Positions 38,790 through 52,623 of a stretch of DNA of 64,000 bases are shown in pieces (the first letter of the stretch is position 1; every line of letters begins with the position of its first letter). The notes beneath the pieces were generated by a model, which worked only from the letters and a program-made list of their open reading frames with translations, did not search any database and was not told the origin of the DNA. Source of the DNA: Callorhinchus milii (lineage: Eukaryota); NCBI RefSeq assembly GCF_018977255.1, contig NW_024704742.1:56422001-56486000 (forward strand). The letters are read 5' to 3'. The position numbers and the translations under genes were made by a program.

Positions 38790-39350
38790 TTACTCATTCT
38801 CCTGACCAAGATTGCTTTTCTTCATCTTTGCCACATTACCTACCTTTACGGCATCTCCACCAAAATGCCAATTCATTGTTGCCTCCTCACCAGTCTCCCT
38901 ATCCAGTCTCCCAAGTTCCACCATCTACATGTTCCCATTCCACATCCTCACTCACATCAAAGTCTGTACTCCCATCATTCCAATCCTTGCCAGGCTCCAG
39001 TAGCTCCCTGCCCTAATGGATCAACTTGAAGGTCCAAACCTTCACCTATAAATATTTTTTGCTCACCCTCCTTTCAGCTAACTCAGGCCTACTACGCATC
39101 TCTTTCCCCCTCCATGTCATTAATAACAGTCAAGCCTTCAGCAACTATAACCCTAACCTTTGGAACTCCCTCCTACCCCTCTATCTTAAACCTCTGTATC
39201 TATCTTTAAATCCCGCCTAACAATCTACCTCTTCGACTATGCTTATGGTCATCTTCCTGTACCTTCCTCCTTCTCCCTAGGTTGGCATCTAATCTTCTTT
39301 GTAGATCTCTCTGAGTTGTTTTTTCCACACGAAGGACATCATATAAATAC
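38790..39350 (+). mobile_element. Old degenerate L2 3' fragment
   Basis: HILTHIKVCTPIIPILARLQ and QAFSNYNPNLWNSL. Confidence 0.7.
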
Positions 39351-39751
39351 ATAGAACCATAGACATTTATAGCACAGAATAAGGGCATTCAGCCCATTGT
39401 GTATGTGCTGGCTCATTGAAGAGTAATTCTTTCAGTCCCAATTTCCTGTCCTTTCCCCATAAGGTTTTAAGGTATTTATCTTGTTCCCTTTTGAAAACTA
39501 ATATGGATCCTGTCTTAATCATAACTCCCAGTAGGGCAATCCATAAAACAACTACCACTCCCATTTGCTCATTTATGAACTCTCTGAAATTGATACCATC
39601 TTGTCACATGTTGCTGGGGGTATAATTATCAACAATACAATTAGATCCACAGCAATCTGCCACATATGTTTTTACCAATTTTACAATTTGCTGTCTCATT
39701 AGGACATCTCTTCTGCAGATGACTGAGACTGAGCAGATTGGAACTGATTTG

Positions 39752-40120
39752 TTTTCAGTCAGTTGGGTCTCTGACACAATCCAAATTACTGAAAGTTCCA
39801 CATATGCATGGAAATTTACGACTGTCTGGAATGAAATACACACACTGTCCCTGGAGTGATGTATCCTGAACACCGAATCCTGAAAAGCATTATGCACAGG
39901 TTGCCAGGACCCAAGGGTTAGGGCTCCAGATTGTGCATTGTGGTGCTGGAGCTTAATCATCTTAAACCATGCAGTTTGCCACTGCAAACACTGACTGGCA
40001 AGTTTCCTGGACCATCCCTGGACCATCCCATCTGATAGGGTTTGGCTTGCAGTTTGCAAACCTGAATAAAAAGTTGTCTTGATAAGCCAGACTGGCTAGT
40101 CCATCATTAAAAGTGCTGGA
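39752..40120 (-). repeat. Unclassified ~650-bp family, diverged copy
   Basis: Reverse complement contains GCAAGCCAAACCC, GGAAACTTGCCAGTCAG, CCTTGGGTCCTGGCAACC and the 3' end GTGTCAGAGACCCAACTGACTGAAAA. Confidence 0.75.
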
Positions 40121-40739
40121 ATTGAAGACTGGAACTGCAGATTCGAATCACCCATTCACCAGGCAGGAGTTGCTGATGAGAAGACCAGAATTCCACCTAA
40201 CCGTAAGCAATAAGACTATTTTGTCTTAACATTTAAGGGAACCAGAAATATGGAAATTTATGAAATTCTGTCTTGCAAATCAAATTTCCAATGCTCTTAA
40301 AAGAAATAGCTTCCAAATTAAGAGTAAATTTAAGAAATGTTCACAATTCTATGCAGCTCTAATCTTCAGACAAAATTTTTTATAGCCTAGGCTAGGCAGA
40401 ACCTTAAACCTTGAATTTTCTATTCCAGCTAATCTGCCACAGATTATAACTAGCATTGTTTAGTGTCTGGGGTATTGTAGAAAATATTCTTTGAGTTCAA
40501 TATGTAGTTTGATGGCCTTTCACAGGTGATTGAATATTATACTTTTTCCAGGTAAAGAGTTTGCAATAATATTTGAGTGAAACTTTTTGCTGAACATACT
40601 TGTCTTCTTTCATTCCATCTAAAAGTGGGAAAAACAGTTATTTTTTATTAATAGGTATTTTGCAGTTCTGCCTTGCCTCCTCACTGTACTCATTCAATAA
40701 AATGTTTCTGTGAGTTGGTGGGAACAAAACTCATAGATG

Positions 40740-41690
40740 CTGTCACAGCTAATCAAATACAAAGGGATCTGCATACATTAATAAATTGCACTGGCAAGTG
40801 GCAATTGTCAATTACTTTGAATCAATGTAGATTAATGCAATTTGAGTAGAAGAGTAAACAGTGGGATTATAAACCAAGTAATAAAAATAATAATAATAAT
40901 AATAATAATCCTTGTATTTGATATTGTGCTTTTCACGTCTTCTAGATGTCTCAAAGTGCTTCACAGAATATGCTGTAAAGTGAATTGACCATATATTTGT
41001 GGGCGAAATGCAGCAGCCAATTGCACACAGCAGTGTTCCACAAACAGTCGTGGATTGAAAATGACAAATTTATTATTGTTTTGTTTTGGAGGGATTATTA
41101 TTAGGCGTGTGAAGTAAGGAAACTTGCCCAAGGTTTTGTCCTGCCTGGAATTGTCCCGCTTGCAAGGCGATTGCTAACCACTGAGCTACAGAACTCCACG
41201 ATTGCTACAGGACAGAGCTATAGGACTCCACGATTCCAAGTATTGATGTCCTCGATATGATACATGATTTGCAGGTACAAGTTGGAGATATTACTAACAT
41301 CATTCGTACACTGTGGAACAGCAATAAAGAAACCAAATACAATTTAGAGGGCTCGAGAATAAATTACAGTTATTATGGTAAGGGATTAGAGATGGTCCAG
41401 CAAAGGCCAACTAGATTAATAGCCAGAATTAAGCACCTGAGTTGTGAGGAGAGGCTAAGGAAACTGGAAAGAAGTGATGAATCAAGGTGATCATATCGAA
41501 GTATTAAGATCATAAAGAGGAGAGTAAACCGATGAACTGTAAAATAATAATCTACTTAATTTGGTCAAACAGTCAAGGGAGCACAGAAGATCAGAAGAGG
41601 AAAGACAAACAAATAATTTATTTTTAATGACTTTACGCAGAGAGTGGTGAATATGTGCAATGGATTACTGAGAGAGGGGATTAGATAGCT
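40740..41690 (+). mobile_element. Degenerate CR1 interrupted by a young SINE
   Basis: IQRDLHTLINCTGKWQL and LEMVQQRPTRLIARIKHLSCEERLRKL. Confidence 0.7.
40879..41197 (-). mobile_element. Young tRNA-derived SINE
   Basis: Same family as the copies at 17995 and 31420. Confidence 0.9.
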
Positions 41691-41996
41691 ACTTGGGGAA
41701 ATAATCAAATTTTTCCAGACCCTGGAGGCAGTATTTCAGATGACACAGACAAAACTTCATCTAAGTTAAGACGGTATCCCATAAAGTGGCAACATTGACA
41801 CTTTTGAGGATAATCGGCATCAACATTGTTTCTCTTGTGAAATGTTTGGGTCTATCATTTGCACCAAGTTCCATGACCGCCGGCAGAAAGATGGTAGCAT
41901 TGCTCTTCTGCATTTCATGCTGACCTGTTCCTGGTACCTGTCATTCACCAAACGAGGGTTCAAACCCATGATTCTTAGATGCCAAATGAAAAATAG

Positions 41997-42436
41997 TGAC
42001 TATCCTTCTTGGGTGGGGGGTTGGGATGGTGATAAGTGGGGTTTCCTTGGAGCTGAACTGGCTCCAAGATGTCATGTTTGGCAATGGAATGTCAGAATCG
42101 ATTCAGTCCTCTGTGGCAGTCATGGTAATCCAGTTCTGAGCAAGGTGGGTCTGCATTACTGCAGGGCACTGCTTATGACAGCCCAACCAGCCTGGCTCAC
42201 TGGTAAGAGTTGGAGGGACGGACAAGTCACTGGCGACAGGGATACTTCCCATTCAGCTCCTGTGTAAGCCAAAGCCCTATTGAGTAGGTTGTTCCTAGCT
42301 GGACAAGCAGCAAGAAAATTTGCCAGACAGCGTATTCAATGGCGAGCTATGCAGGTTTAAATGGTAAGACTCCAACAGTATTCCAATGCACACTCTGGGA
42401 TTCCCAAGCCTTGGCTCTTGCCAATCTGCACCTAAT
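41997..42436 (+). repeat. Unclassified ~650-bp family, 5' two-thirds
   Basis: Colinear with 55633-56110; hairpin CTTGGAGC-TGAACTG-GCTCCAAG at 42046-42068. Confidence 0.88.
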
Positions 42437-45400
42437 ACGAGATGTTATCCTGTGTAAAGGTTGCGATATAAAATCCAGTGTTTTGGTTGTTTAACTCAAG
42501 AGTTTCACATGAACCCGGTCCTAATATGACTCAAAGGCAAAAGTTGTACCAAGATGGCCTGATACACAAATTGAAGTTTTCCAGGTGATATTCCTCATCA
42601 AGATATTATATAAATTAGAAAAATCTTATGAAACAATAATAGCAATTATTAATAATAAAAATAGTCCTTGTTTTTGATATGATGCTTTTCATGTCAAAGG
42701 ACCATCTCAAAGAGCTTCACAGGATTTACTGTAAAGTGCAGTGATTGTGTGCTTTGTACACAAGTATGGCATATTGAGAAGTGCAGATTCAGTCAACCTT
42801 TTCATAATCTGTACATAATGTTCTTACCAACCAGTTCACTTTAGCTGCAGAGAGCTGTTAGCGGGATTGTGTCAGTGAACAGCATTAGGAAAATGGAAGA
42901 TGTTACAAATCCCAATGGTACATCCCAATTGGATCAGCACCATCTGCTCTGCTTAACTATTAGCAAGGTATCTCATCAAGCAGCCAGACCATCCTATGTT
43001 GAGGTCACAGAAATGATAACGCTGTGTCTTTTTTACTTTTATGACATAAGATCAATCTTTAATGTCCTGAGCCTTGCCTGCCTGTTCCAGTTTTCAGCAC
43101 ATCAGAAAGAATGTCAGTTTTGACAAAGTGGGTCCCATATGCATTGTTTCCTGGTTGGAGATTATGCTGGTACACAATTTAAGAATTCTTGCATTTAATA
43201 TAGCGCCTTATCGCGTTGTTAAGATGTCTCAAAAAGCTTCACAGAATATATTGTAAAGTGGATTGACGATTTTTGGGGCGAAATTTAAGCAGCTAATTCA
43301 AGTTTAAAGAAGAAAGTAAGAGGAAGAGTCTAATTAATGTGGTCTAATTAACAGCATTTCATAATAGGAATCATTACTTTGGACTCCAAGTCACAAATAA
43401 GGAAGCCTGAGATGTGGTTCCCTGTCACAAGCCTGAATGTATCACCCTGACCCGGTGGAACACTTCCCTGATTTTCAATGACATGATAAGGTGCCCTATC
43501 AAATGCAAGGATTATTATTATTTGCATGGAAACGGATTCTGTATTTCTACTTTCCAGCATGAATAGATTCAACAACCCGATCCCGGCAGGTTTCCATATC
43601 CTAACTTATTCTTTGCATGAAAACATTTCTCTTCACCTCCTCATTTGCTCGTTTGTTAACTATCTTAAATTGATACTCTCCAGTCACTGACTCACCAACC
43701 AGTGGAAATCATTTCGCCATATTGATTCAAAATGAAATCCCTTAGAAATTTCCTTCCATAATACTCACCCTACCATCTTTCCATCACAACCTCAAGCTTT
43801 TTTTAAAATGGGTTGAGTGTCCTGGCCTCAACCATCCTCTTCATAGACTTGGGACATTTTGGGATGTCCCCACAAAATGAATGGCAGGATATAAATGTAA
43901 ATTTATATTGTATTGGTAATATGTTCCAGTCATTAATTACCTTCTGGGTAAAGAACAACATAATCTATTTTTCTTGTCTTGGTCCTTGAAGTCTGAATAA
44001 CTTGCGTGATATATTTTCAGTCATCAAAAGAAACCCCTACTCGATTTTTTAATTAGGAAATCCATTGTTGCAAAATTTGCTCCAATGTAAAGTTAAATAG
44101 CAACAATAGAAGAGAGAGAATGGGGGATGGGGGAAGGAGGAAAGGAGAAAGTAATAGAGCTTTCAACACTTTCTATTTCAAATGTTTTTTTAACTGTTCG
44201 TATCCAATTTTTGATTTAAAGTTTTGAATTAAGTGCATATAACTGAGGTTATGTGTCTTGATTTATATTATCTTAGTGGACATGTATTTGAAATGAATTG
44301 CCCAAGACTAGGGATTTTGAAAGTGTGGCAATCATTTTTATGTACTTTACCCTCAAATAACATATTTCTTTGTCAGTTATATGCACATTCTCCCCCCTCC
44401 CTCACAGCAAATATTCTTTTGTTAATTGATCTCTAATTGTAGTGCTTACAGTATTTGTTATTTGTGCATGTTAACTTAATTGTTCCTATAATATTTTCAT
44501 ATTGCTCAATATATTTCTTTTAAAAAGTCTGTAGTTTCATTGTGAAAGACAATTTAAGTGGAATTTAAAGATTACATGTATCATAAACAAAATTGCCCAT
44601 GAGTTTACTTGGGACACATAGAATATGCACACCCTGACACAAAAAAGGATTCTCATAAATGACTACAATTTATCAATTACTTTCCAGCAAAATTTGTTGA
44701 ATATGGGTGAAAGTAGAGATGAATGAAATATTATTTTTTAAATCACTGATGTGACATAAGCCTATTGTGAGATAAGAGGGACATTATTCCCTAAATTAGT
44801 GAAAATGACGAGCTCAATACATTAGTGTCACTTTCTATTTTACTCAGCAGTGATTAATGTTGATGGCGCTATCTCTTGTGAAAAGGGTAATTACTGTCTG
44901 AACGAGATGTGTAGCTCAGAAGGGGGCTTTCTGACTAAGAAATAGGTTATCTGAGGTGAAAGAATGTTAGAAACTGAATCCTTATAATGTTCAAAGCCAG
45001 CTGGCTGATGCACTGCACTAATATTGAAACTTTAAACCAAGGATCTGATTGCCTATCCAGGTGGACGTCAAAGATATCATGACATTATTTGAAAAGTGAA
45101 GCATTTTTTCTTGGTGTCCTGGCCAATAGTCCCTCAAACATAATTGATAATTTGCTTTATGACTTGTTTGTGGGACATTGCTATATGCAAATTGGTTGTA
45201 TCTGAAGGATCGATGCTTGAAGGGTTTTGAATGAACATCTTGCTCAGAGAGCCACTGCAGAATTTAATGGGCTGATTGACATCCTTCTGTGCTATAAATT
45301 GCTATGATTCAATAAAGTTGTTTTTTTGATTATCTTGCTGCATGCATGAGGGTTGAAACATGCGTTCGTATTTTTGTTTCACTAATTCCATTTTTTCCCA

Positions 45401-46645
45401 AAGGCATTTGGCCATGAGCAAAGTTATTGTTCATAGTTATCTTAAGCCTAATAAATTCCTCTTCTCTCGATATCTTTCCAGGCATCCTCAGCCAGATGAC
45501 AGTTCGCCTGTGAGATCAGTGAATATTTCAGCTTGGCTGAAATTCATTCAGTCTGTCTTCTGTTGTGTCATCTTTGCATATATTTTGAAGGCTGCCAAGT
45601 CCCAGTAACAGAGGAATTATTTTATTTTTCAAGCTACCAAGTGTACATTTGGGATTCAGAGCAGATTGGGCAGAATGCAACTTTTGTTGTGTTTTCATAT
45701 GTAATTTGGCTCATTAAACATACTTTTGCCAGACTAGCTTAACGACTATGCTAGATGTTAACAGATGGATACAATTCTGGCTTTCAAAAATGTTACACTT
45801 TGGATACATGGTGCGTGATATCCTTCACTTTCACTACGAACTTGGGTGCCAAGCCATTATTGTTGAATGCATTGAGATGTCGTTCCAACATGAAAGGTTC
45901 TATATAAATGTAAATTTACACTGTATTGTGTGGTATATTTGAAAATCCTTGTTCTCTTGCCTCCTTCAAGTGTCATCTAAAGACCTTCCCCTTTGACATG
46001 CCTTTGGCCACTCTCCCAACCCCAACCTCCTACCCCCCAATCCCCCGCCCTCCATCCCTCCTGACCAACTCCCAGGTCAAGTCCAAAAACCCCCGACTGT
46101 CCAGCACCAAGGGACGTCTTTCTGACATGAAGGGCGCTATACAAGTGTAATTTGTTGTTGCTGCTGATATGAAAAATATGACATTTGATAAAAAGTTTGA
46201 TATGATCATCAGTATACTGGATCTGTTTTCATTCCATTCTTCCATCAGTTAAAGCCCAACAACAAAACTGAACCTTCTTCCCTACTTTGGCCCAATGGTT
46301 CGTTTGAAAACCAATTTTAAAAAAATGTATCACCCATCTTGGAAAAAGAACCAATTTATTTTCAATACTGAAGCCAGTGTCTGTGCCTCTTGACAGGATA
46401 CAAATTAAGTTGGCCTTCTATTTTCAACAACAGCAGTAACAACAATTTGTATCTATTTAGCAACCTTCATGTGGAGTAGTGTCCTGCTGCTTAACAGTAA
46501 CTAAGCCTAATGCTAAGCCAGGATCAGTAGTGATTACAGAAAGTGCAGTGAAAAGGATATATTTTGAGACATGCCTTGAAAGTGAGGAAGGGGATGAGTC
46601 GGAGTGACTTTGGGATGGAGTTCCGTAGAGTAGGGGCAGAAAGAT

Positions 46646-47082
46646 TGTAACACACCTGGGTGTGCGATCGAATGTCAGTCTGGCCAAGTAACACCAGTAA
46701 GTGGCCGGTTCATGGGTACATGGTAATTGCCTCCCACTGGCTCCAAGTGTTTCAAGAGAAGGGTGACAGTCAATGGAGTCTTCAGCATTGTGCCCTCCAA
46801 TAGGTTGAACTAACACTTTTCCAAAAGAATAATCCAGGCTCCCCTGTAGAAGGGAATGGTCCATGCAAAGAGCCTAGAGGGCATATAAGAGGTATTCCCA
46901 TGCCTGGGGATTGAGAGGCTGGAGAGGAACAAGTCAGGGAGCTCATATCCCTCATTGCAGGTGCCCTCGACATATGATTTACCTGATTCATTTGTGTTGA
47001 TTCCTAATAGAGTTAATTTGGTTTGTTAACAACCATGGCTGGTGTCAACTACTTCCTGCTCCATATCTCCATGCAAACTACA
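46646..47082 (+). mobile_element. Possible solo LTR
   Basis: TGTA...TACA termini, CCAAT and CATATAAG. No clean TSD or AATAAA. Confidence 0.3.
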
Positions 47083-47704
47083 TTATCAACTTACTTTTAA
47101 GCTTTCAAGCACCCAATTTTAAGCGAGAGTTTTAAGGGCATTTTCTGTCCACCAGGTAATTATAACCAGCATTAGTTATCATACAATTATCACCAGTGAT
47201 AATCATCACATCACAAGTCATATTCTCCCCCAGCCCTCCATCCGAATCTTCATCGGTCACATCTCCAGTATTCACTGTGTATTTTTCATAAAGTTTTTCT
47301 GGAAACTTTGTTGAGCCTGCTCTCTTTCACTTTTAATACAACATGTTGGATCCGTTGTTTTTTATTTACCTATCCTTCTCTCAGTTTATGCAACTCTGGT
47401 TTTTATTGTTAGTGACAGTAATGTGTCTTGCTCATATGAGTGTCCACTTTCATGTTCATTGTGAATACCACAGCTTAATGTAATGCTACATGTCTTTCAC
47501 TTCTGGGAGTTCTCATATAACAGGGAGCCAATTGCTGTCAGACAGATCAAGGTGCGTTCGCTGAATGTTCTCCGAAACAACATTTTCCAAAAGCAGTTCT
47601 CAGGCAGTTGAAGTATTTCTTTCCATATTTAGCAATTCAAAATGTCTTTGTCTTATTTGTCCTCACTACTGTACTTTCACAATGCAGCTTTAGGCTTATT
47701 TGCC

Positions 47705-48096
47705 TCCTAAGTGGAGGATTCTAGGTTCCAGACCCTCATTGGGACTTCTTGCTCATAGTCTAGACAGACATCCTAATGAAATGTTGGGGGAGTGCTGAAT
47801 TTATGGAGGTGCCATCCTTCAGGTGAGATATTAAACCAAGGTCTTAGCTGCCTATTAAGGTGGATAATAAAGATCCCGTGAGGAAAAGAGAAGGGTGTTT
47901 CTCCCAGTGCCCTGACCAGCAATTCCCCTGATAAAAATAGGTCATTCACTTCATGGACAATTGTTGAGATTTGGTGTATGCAAATTGGCTGTTATATACA
48001 CCTACAAAATACACAGTCACTGCACTTTATAGTTAAATACTGTGCAGCTTTTTGAAAGGTTCTTCTGATATGAACCGCACTGTATATCAAATGCAT
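47705..48096 (+). mobile_element. Old Deu-domain SINE
   Basis: AGGTGGATAATAAAGATCCCGTG...CTCCCAGTGCCCTGACCAG, with shared tail. Confidence 0.72.
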
Positions 48097-48569
48097 TCTC
48101 CTCCAAGTATACAACACTAGGAAAAGTTAGGTTTTAAATGCCATTCCCTGGAAAATTAACTTAGAAAATTATTCAATAACTTAATCATCAATCATTTATT
48201 TTTTGATGTAGTAAATGGAAACGTAATGAATATTTAATCGAAGAGCCCAGGAGTAGATACGAGAAACATTTCCAGGAAATGAAGGATTGACACAATCATT
48301 TAACCATGTTTATCATTCTCCCTCTTCACTTAATGGTTCGCTGGATAAATACACTGTGTAGAATCATAGAACTATACAGTATAGAAGGTGTCCATTCAGC
48401 CCATCGTGTCCATGCCGGCTCTTGAAAGAACTATCTAAATTAATCCCACTCTCTCCCCTTAGCCTTGCAAATTTCTCCTCCCCAAATATCTATCCAAGTT
48501 TGGTAGTTTGGTACTGCAACATAAAGATCACAAAATAATGAGTTAAAGGCTTGGTCTAAATTCTCTTAA

Positions 48570-49960
48570 AATTCTATTAATCTCTCGTCCTCCCAAACCT
48601 CCTTCACTTTCCTCTCTGATATGTCCACCCTGCTATCTTCCCTCTGCCTCAGTTCTGAAAGACACCTCCTTTTAGACAACTTTAACCTCCGCTTCATTCC
48701 ATCTTGCTTCACCTCTGCTGACTTCTCCTCTCTCCTCCACAACTTCTCCTTCCACATCAACTCCACCACCCACATCCATGGCCATCCCCTCAACCTGGTT
48801 GTCACAGAACAACAACATCACTGATAAAAACATCTCGGACCATATTTAATCTCACTTAACTGCTCCCATTTCCTGCCATCCAACTCTTCTATATCCTACT
48901 GCCCCTGTAAAATAATAACTCTCCTCTCCCTCTCCACTGCCCTAGAGTCATCTGAACTCCTGTCCCTCTGGTTCTCCTCTCGTAACGACCTTACCTTCTT
49001 GTTCACTCTCCTGCACAACACCCTCTCTGTTATCCTTGACACCCTTGCCCCTGTCCCACACCATCCCCTACAACTGCAAGTCCCCCTGGTGCACCAGCCA
49101 GCCACCTCTGCTCCCCCAAGTCATAGGTGTGTGCCACTGAAGGCACCTGGCACAAATCCAACCTAACAATCGATCGCCAGGTTTGGCTGCACCACACCAA
49201 GACCTCCCTCTCCACCTTCACCTCAGCTAAATTGTCCTTCTACTCTAAGATCATCCTGAAAGCCAAGGACAGTCCCATAGGCTTCTACATCCACCTTCAC
49301 ATACCCCTCACATCTTATCCTCCAACTCCAAATGTGAGGAAATTATAGACTTTCTTGAGTTCAGAAATCAGAGGATCTGATCTGCTATCTCTGTCCTTTC
49401 TACTGCCACCCCTCCCCATCGTTTGCCCTCCCTTCAGCATGCACCTATCCCTCCCTCGACACTTTTCACCCCATTTCTGCTCATTTCTCATCCTCCACCA
49501 TTTCCCAAATGAAGCCCACCGCCTGCTCCCTTGATCCCATCTCTACCCCTCTCCTTACTCCCAGCTCCACCTCCTTGCCCCCCTACTAACAAACATTGTC
49601 AATTTCTCTTGTCTATTGGCACCATTTCTAATCCCTTAAAAACAGGTGTCATCAACCCTTTGATCTATATCTGTTTTCAAACTACATTTCCATCTCCAAC
49701 CTTTTCTATCCAAGGTCATGGAATGAATTGTTACTTCCTAGCGTCTCTCTTTTATCTCCCGCTACTCCCTGTATGAACATCACCAATCGGCTTACTTGTT
49801 GCCCACAGCATAGAGATTGCCTGAGTCAAAGTCACAAATGACATTCTGTGCATTTATGACTTTTCTCTCTGTTCTCTGTCTCTTAGTGCTTCTTGATCTC
49901 CTTGCCACTTCAACATTGTTGACCATTCTATTCTTCTCCTTCACCTCTCCTCTCTCCTCT
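48570..49960 (+). mobile_element. Old degenerate L2 (endonuclease to start of RT)
   Basis: STLLSSLCLSSERHLLLDNFNL...INSTTHIHGHPLNLVVT and SVLCLLVLLDLLATST; colinear with 11500-12930. Confidence 0.85.
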
Positions 49961-50298
49961 GGGCGAACGCGGCAGCCAATCGCGCACAGCAATGTCCCAC
50001 AAACAGTCGTAGATTGAAAATGACCAATTTATTATTGGTTTTGGTTCTGGAGGGATTATTATTAGGTGTGTGGAGTAAGTGTGTGAAGTGTGCGTTCGCC
50101 CACAAATATACAGTCAATTCACTTTACAGTGTGTTCTGTGAAGCGCTTTGGGACGTCCTCCCGACGTGAAAAGCGCTATATTAAATGCAAGGATTATTAT
50201 TATTAAGGAAACTTGCCCAAGGTTTCGCCCTGCCTGGAATTGAACTCAGGTCTCTCGCTTGCAAAGCGAGTGCTCTAACCACTGAGCTACAGGAATCC
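49960..50298. mobile_element. Scrambled young SINE: middle (-), tail (+), head (-)
   Basis: 49960-50079 is the minus-strand middle, 50092-50204 the plus-strand 3' part and 50204-50298 the minus-strand head. Confidence 0.9.
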
Positions 50299-50844
50299 AC
50301 AAATATAAACATTTTAGAGTAAATCCTCCTGATATAGAAGGCATTATATCAAATGAAAAGGTTATTATACTTATGATTAATACATTTCTGCGAAATTCCA
50401 GCAGTAAACCTTTATTGTTGATTGCTCTGATCTTATTCTCTTTTACAATATCCACAACATGAATATTGTCAAAAATGAACCCAAGGTTTGACTTTAACTC
50501 CTTTGGATTCTTCGGTCAATGCACTTTGGGGATGTTGCAAAGTTTCAGTCCAGTTCAGTTTATAACTTCACTGCTTTTGGTTATTCCAGTCATGAAACAA
50601 CACCACCAAACCCATTGTTACCTGCAGACGTCTCTGCCTAAAAGGTATTTATCAGACTGGAGCTTTCATTTCTTGCTTTGTATCCTTTCCTTTACTTTGA
50701 CTATGGCACCACAATGGCTAATCACTCAGCTTTTTCCCACAAATTGCCATTGGCGCCATTATTTCATTTCTATTGCAATAGTTTCATTCAAAGCACATCT
50801 TCACACAGAGGATTGTGAAATTGTTGAATGCAGAACTTCAACTA

Positions 50845-50995
50845 TATTGTCCACAAGGAACAGAGGCACTCCAGTACTGTCCACAAGAAATAAAGACCCT
50901 CCTGCATATTGTTTTACTGTTCCGTGAGGGATAGAAACCCTCCAAGGTATTGTCTTACTGTATCACAAAGGATAATTACCTTCCAGCAGTATGTT
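50845..50995. repeat. Degenerate minisatellite (~30-42 bp units, TACTGTCCACAAGGGATAGAGACCCTCCAG-like)
   Basis: Four imperfect units visible. Confidence 0.6.
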
Positions 50996-52297
50996 GTCAA
51001 AGTGTTTAGTCTTCCTGTAAGAATTGAGCAATGAATATTAGCAGGTAAATTGGCCAAATGGGGTCTCTTTCTTTACTCGACTGAAATAGATTGCCAGGAA
51101 GGATGGTTGAGGCCAGTTCACTGGACTCATTTAAAAAATAGCTTGATGGTTTGATGGGCAGATCCCTGAAACTGGATATAGGAATTCCAAAAGGGATTTC
51201 TTATCATGAAATTCTGTACCAAATTTAGAATTATTGTAAGTTAGAACCAGAATTAGATAAACAACTTTAAATAATACAGAAGGGTATGGGAAAAAACAGA
51301 GGGAACTGGAATTAGAGTATCACCTCCAGTGGATTAGCTGGCATTAGTTCAGACTTGATAGACTGAAAGTCAAGGGGTCAAGCTCCACATGAGAACACAT
51401 ACTCTAGATTGTCAGTTGTCATTTTTATCTCTCTATGAATCTAGAGATGAGATATGCAAATTGAAAGATAAGACAAAGAATTAACATACACAACAGAAAC
51501 CAAACCATAATCATAAAAGTGGAAAATAAAATGCAAATGGCTAATTATTCAAATTCATTTTTCAAAGAAGAATATAAAGTATTAAAATTCATAAGCTTCA
51601 GCAAAATGTAGACACCATGATAAAGAATAATTTAAAAATAAAATGGTAAGACTGAAAAAGAATAACAAAAATATAAGTCCCAAGGGAATACGTGTATGAA
51701 AGGAAACTGAATGAAAGGAAGAAATTAAAAATAAATAGGGGGGTGATTCTCACTGTTACCTTCACAATCTTTGTGAAATGAGATTAAAGTATTATAATAA
51801 ATACTAATAAATAATCCTTGCACTTGATATAGCGCCTTGCACATCGTCCAGACGTCTCAAAGGAGTGACTGTGAGTGAAATGTTGCAATGTCCCGCAACC
51901 AACCATGGAGTGAGTGACCGATTTTATTTGGGGGGATTGTTGGCCAGGATACAAAGAGAGAAACTCTCTTCTCTTTTTGAATAGTGTCATGGGATCTTTA
52001 ATGTCCACCTGAACAGGTAGAGGGGACCTCGTTTCAAAGTCTCATCTGAAGGACATATTCTCCAATGACTGGAGGATTAACTAATATTTAAAATAATGAA
52101 ATAATGAATAATTGACAGGTTAGATAAATAGTAGAGGAATTAAATACGGGATAAAGATTGTTAAAACTAATCAGAAAGCATTTCTTCTCACAGAGGCTTG
52201 TGAAGATGTGTAATGCTCTAGCCCACAAAGTTGTATAGGCAGAATCAATAGGGATGTTCCAAAGAGAGATAGACATATACTTGGATGCAACAACAAC

Positions 52298-52623
52298 AAT
52301 AATAATAATAATCATAATAATCCTTGCATTTGATATAGCGCTTTTCACGTTGGGAGGATGTTCCAAAGCGCTTCACAGAACACATCGTAAAGTGAATTGA
52401 CTGTATATTTGTGGGCGAACGCGGCAGCCAATTGCGCACAGCAATGTCCCACAAACAGTTGTAGAATGAAAATGACCAATTTATTTTTGATTTTTGGTTT
52501 TGGAGGGATTATTATTAGGCGTGTGGAGTAAGGAAACTTGCTCAAGGTTTCGCCCTGCCTGGAATTGAACTCAGGTCTCTTGCTGGCAAAGCGAGTGCTC
52601 TAACCACTGAGCTGCAGGACTCC
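52298..52623 (-). mobile_element. Young tRNA-derived SINE, full length
   Basis: Near-identical to the copies at 17995 and 31420. Confidence 0.93.

Noticed and set aside
50466..50927. 153-aa ORF (and similar 130-154 aa ORFs at 7747, 23192, 39604, 41842, 53341)
   Set aside because: No recognisable domains, several have non-ATG starts, and most overlap repeats.
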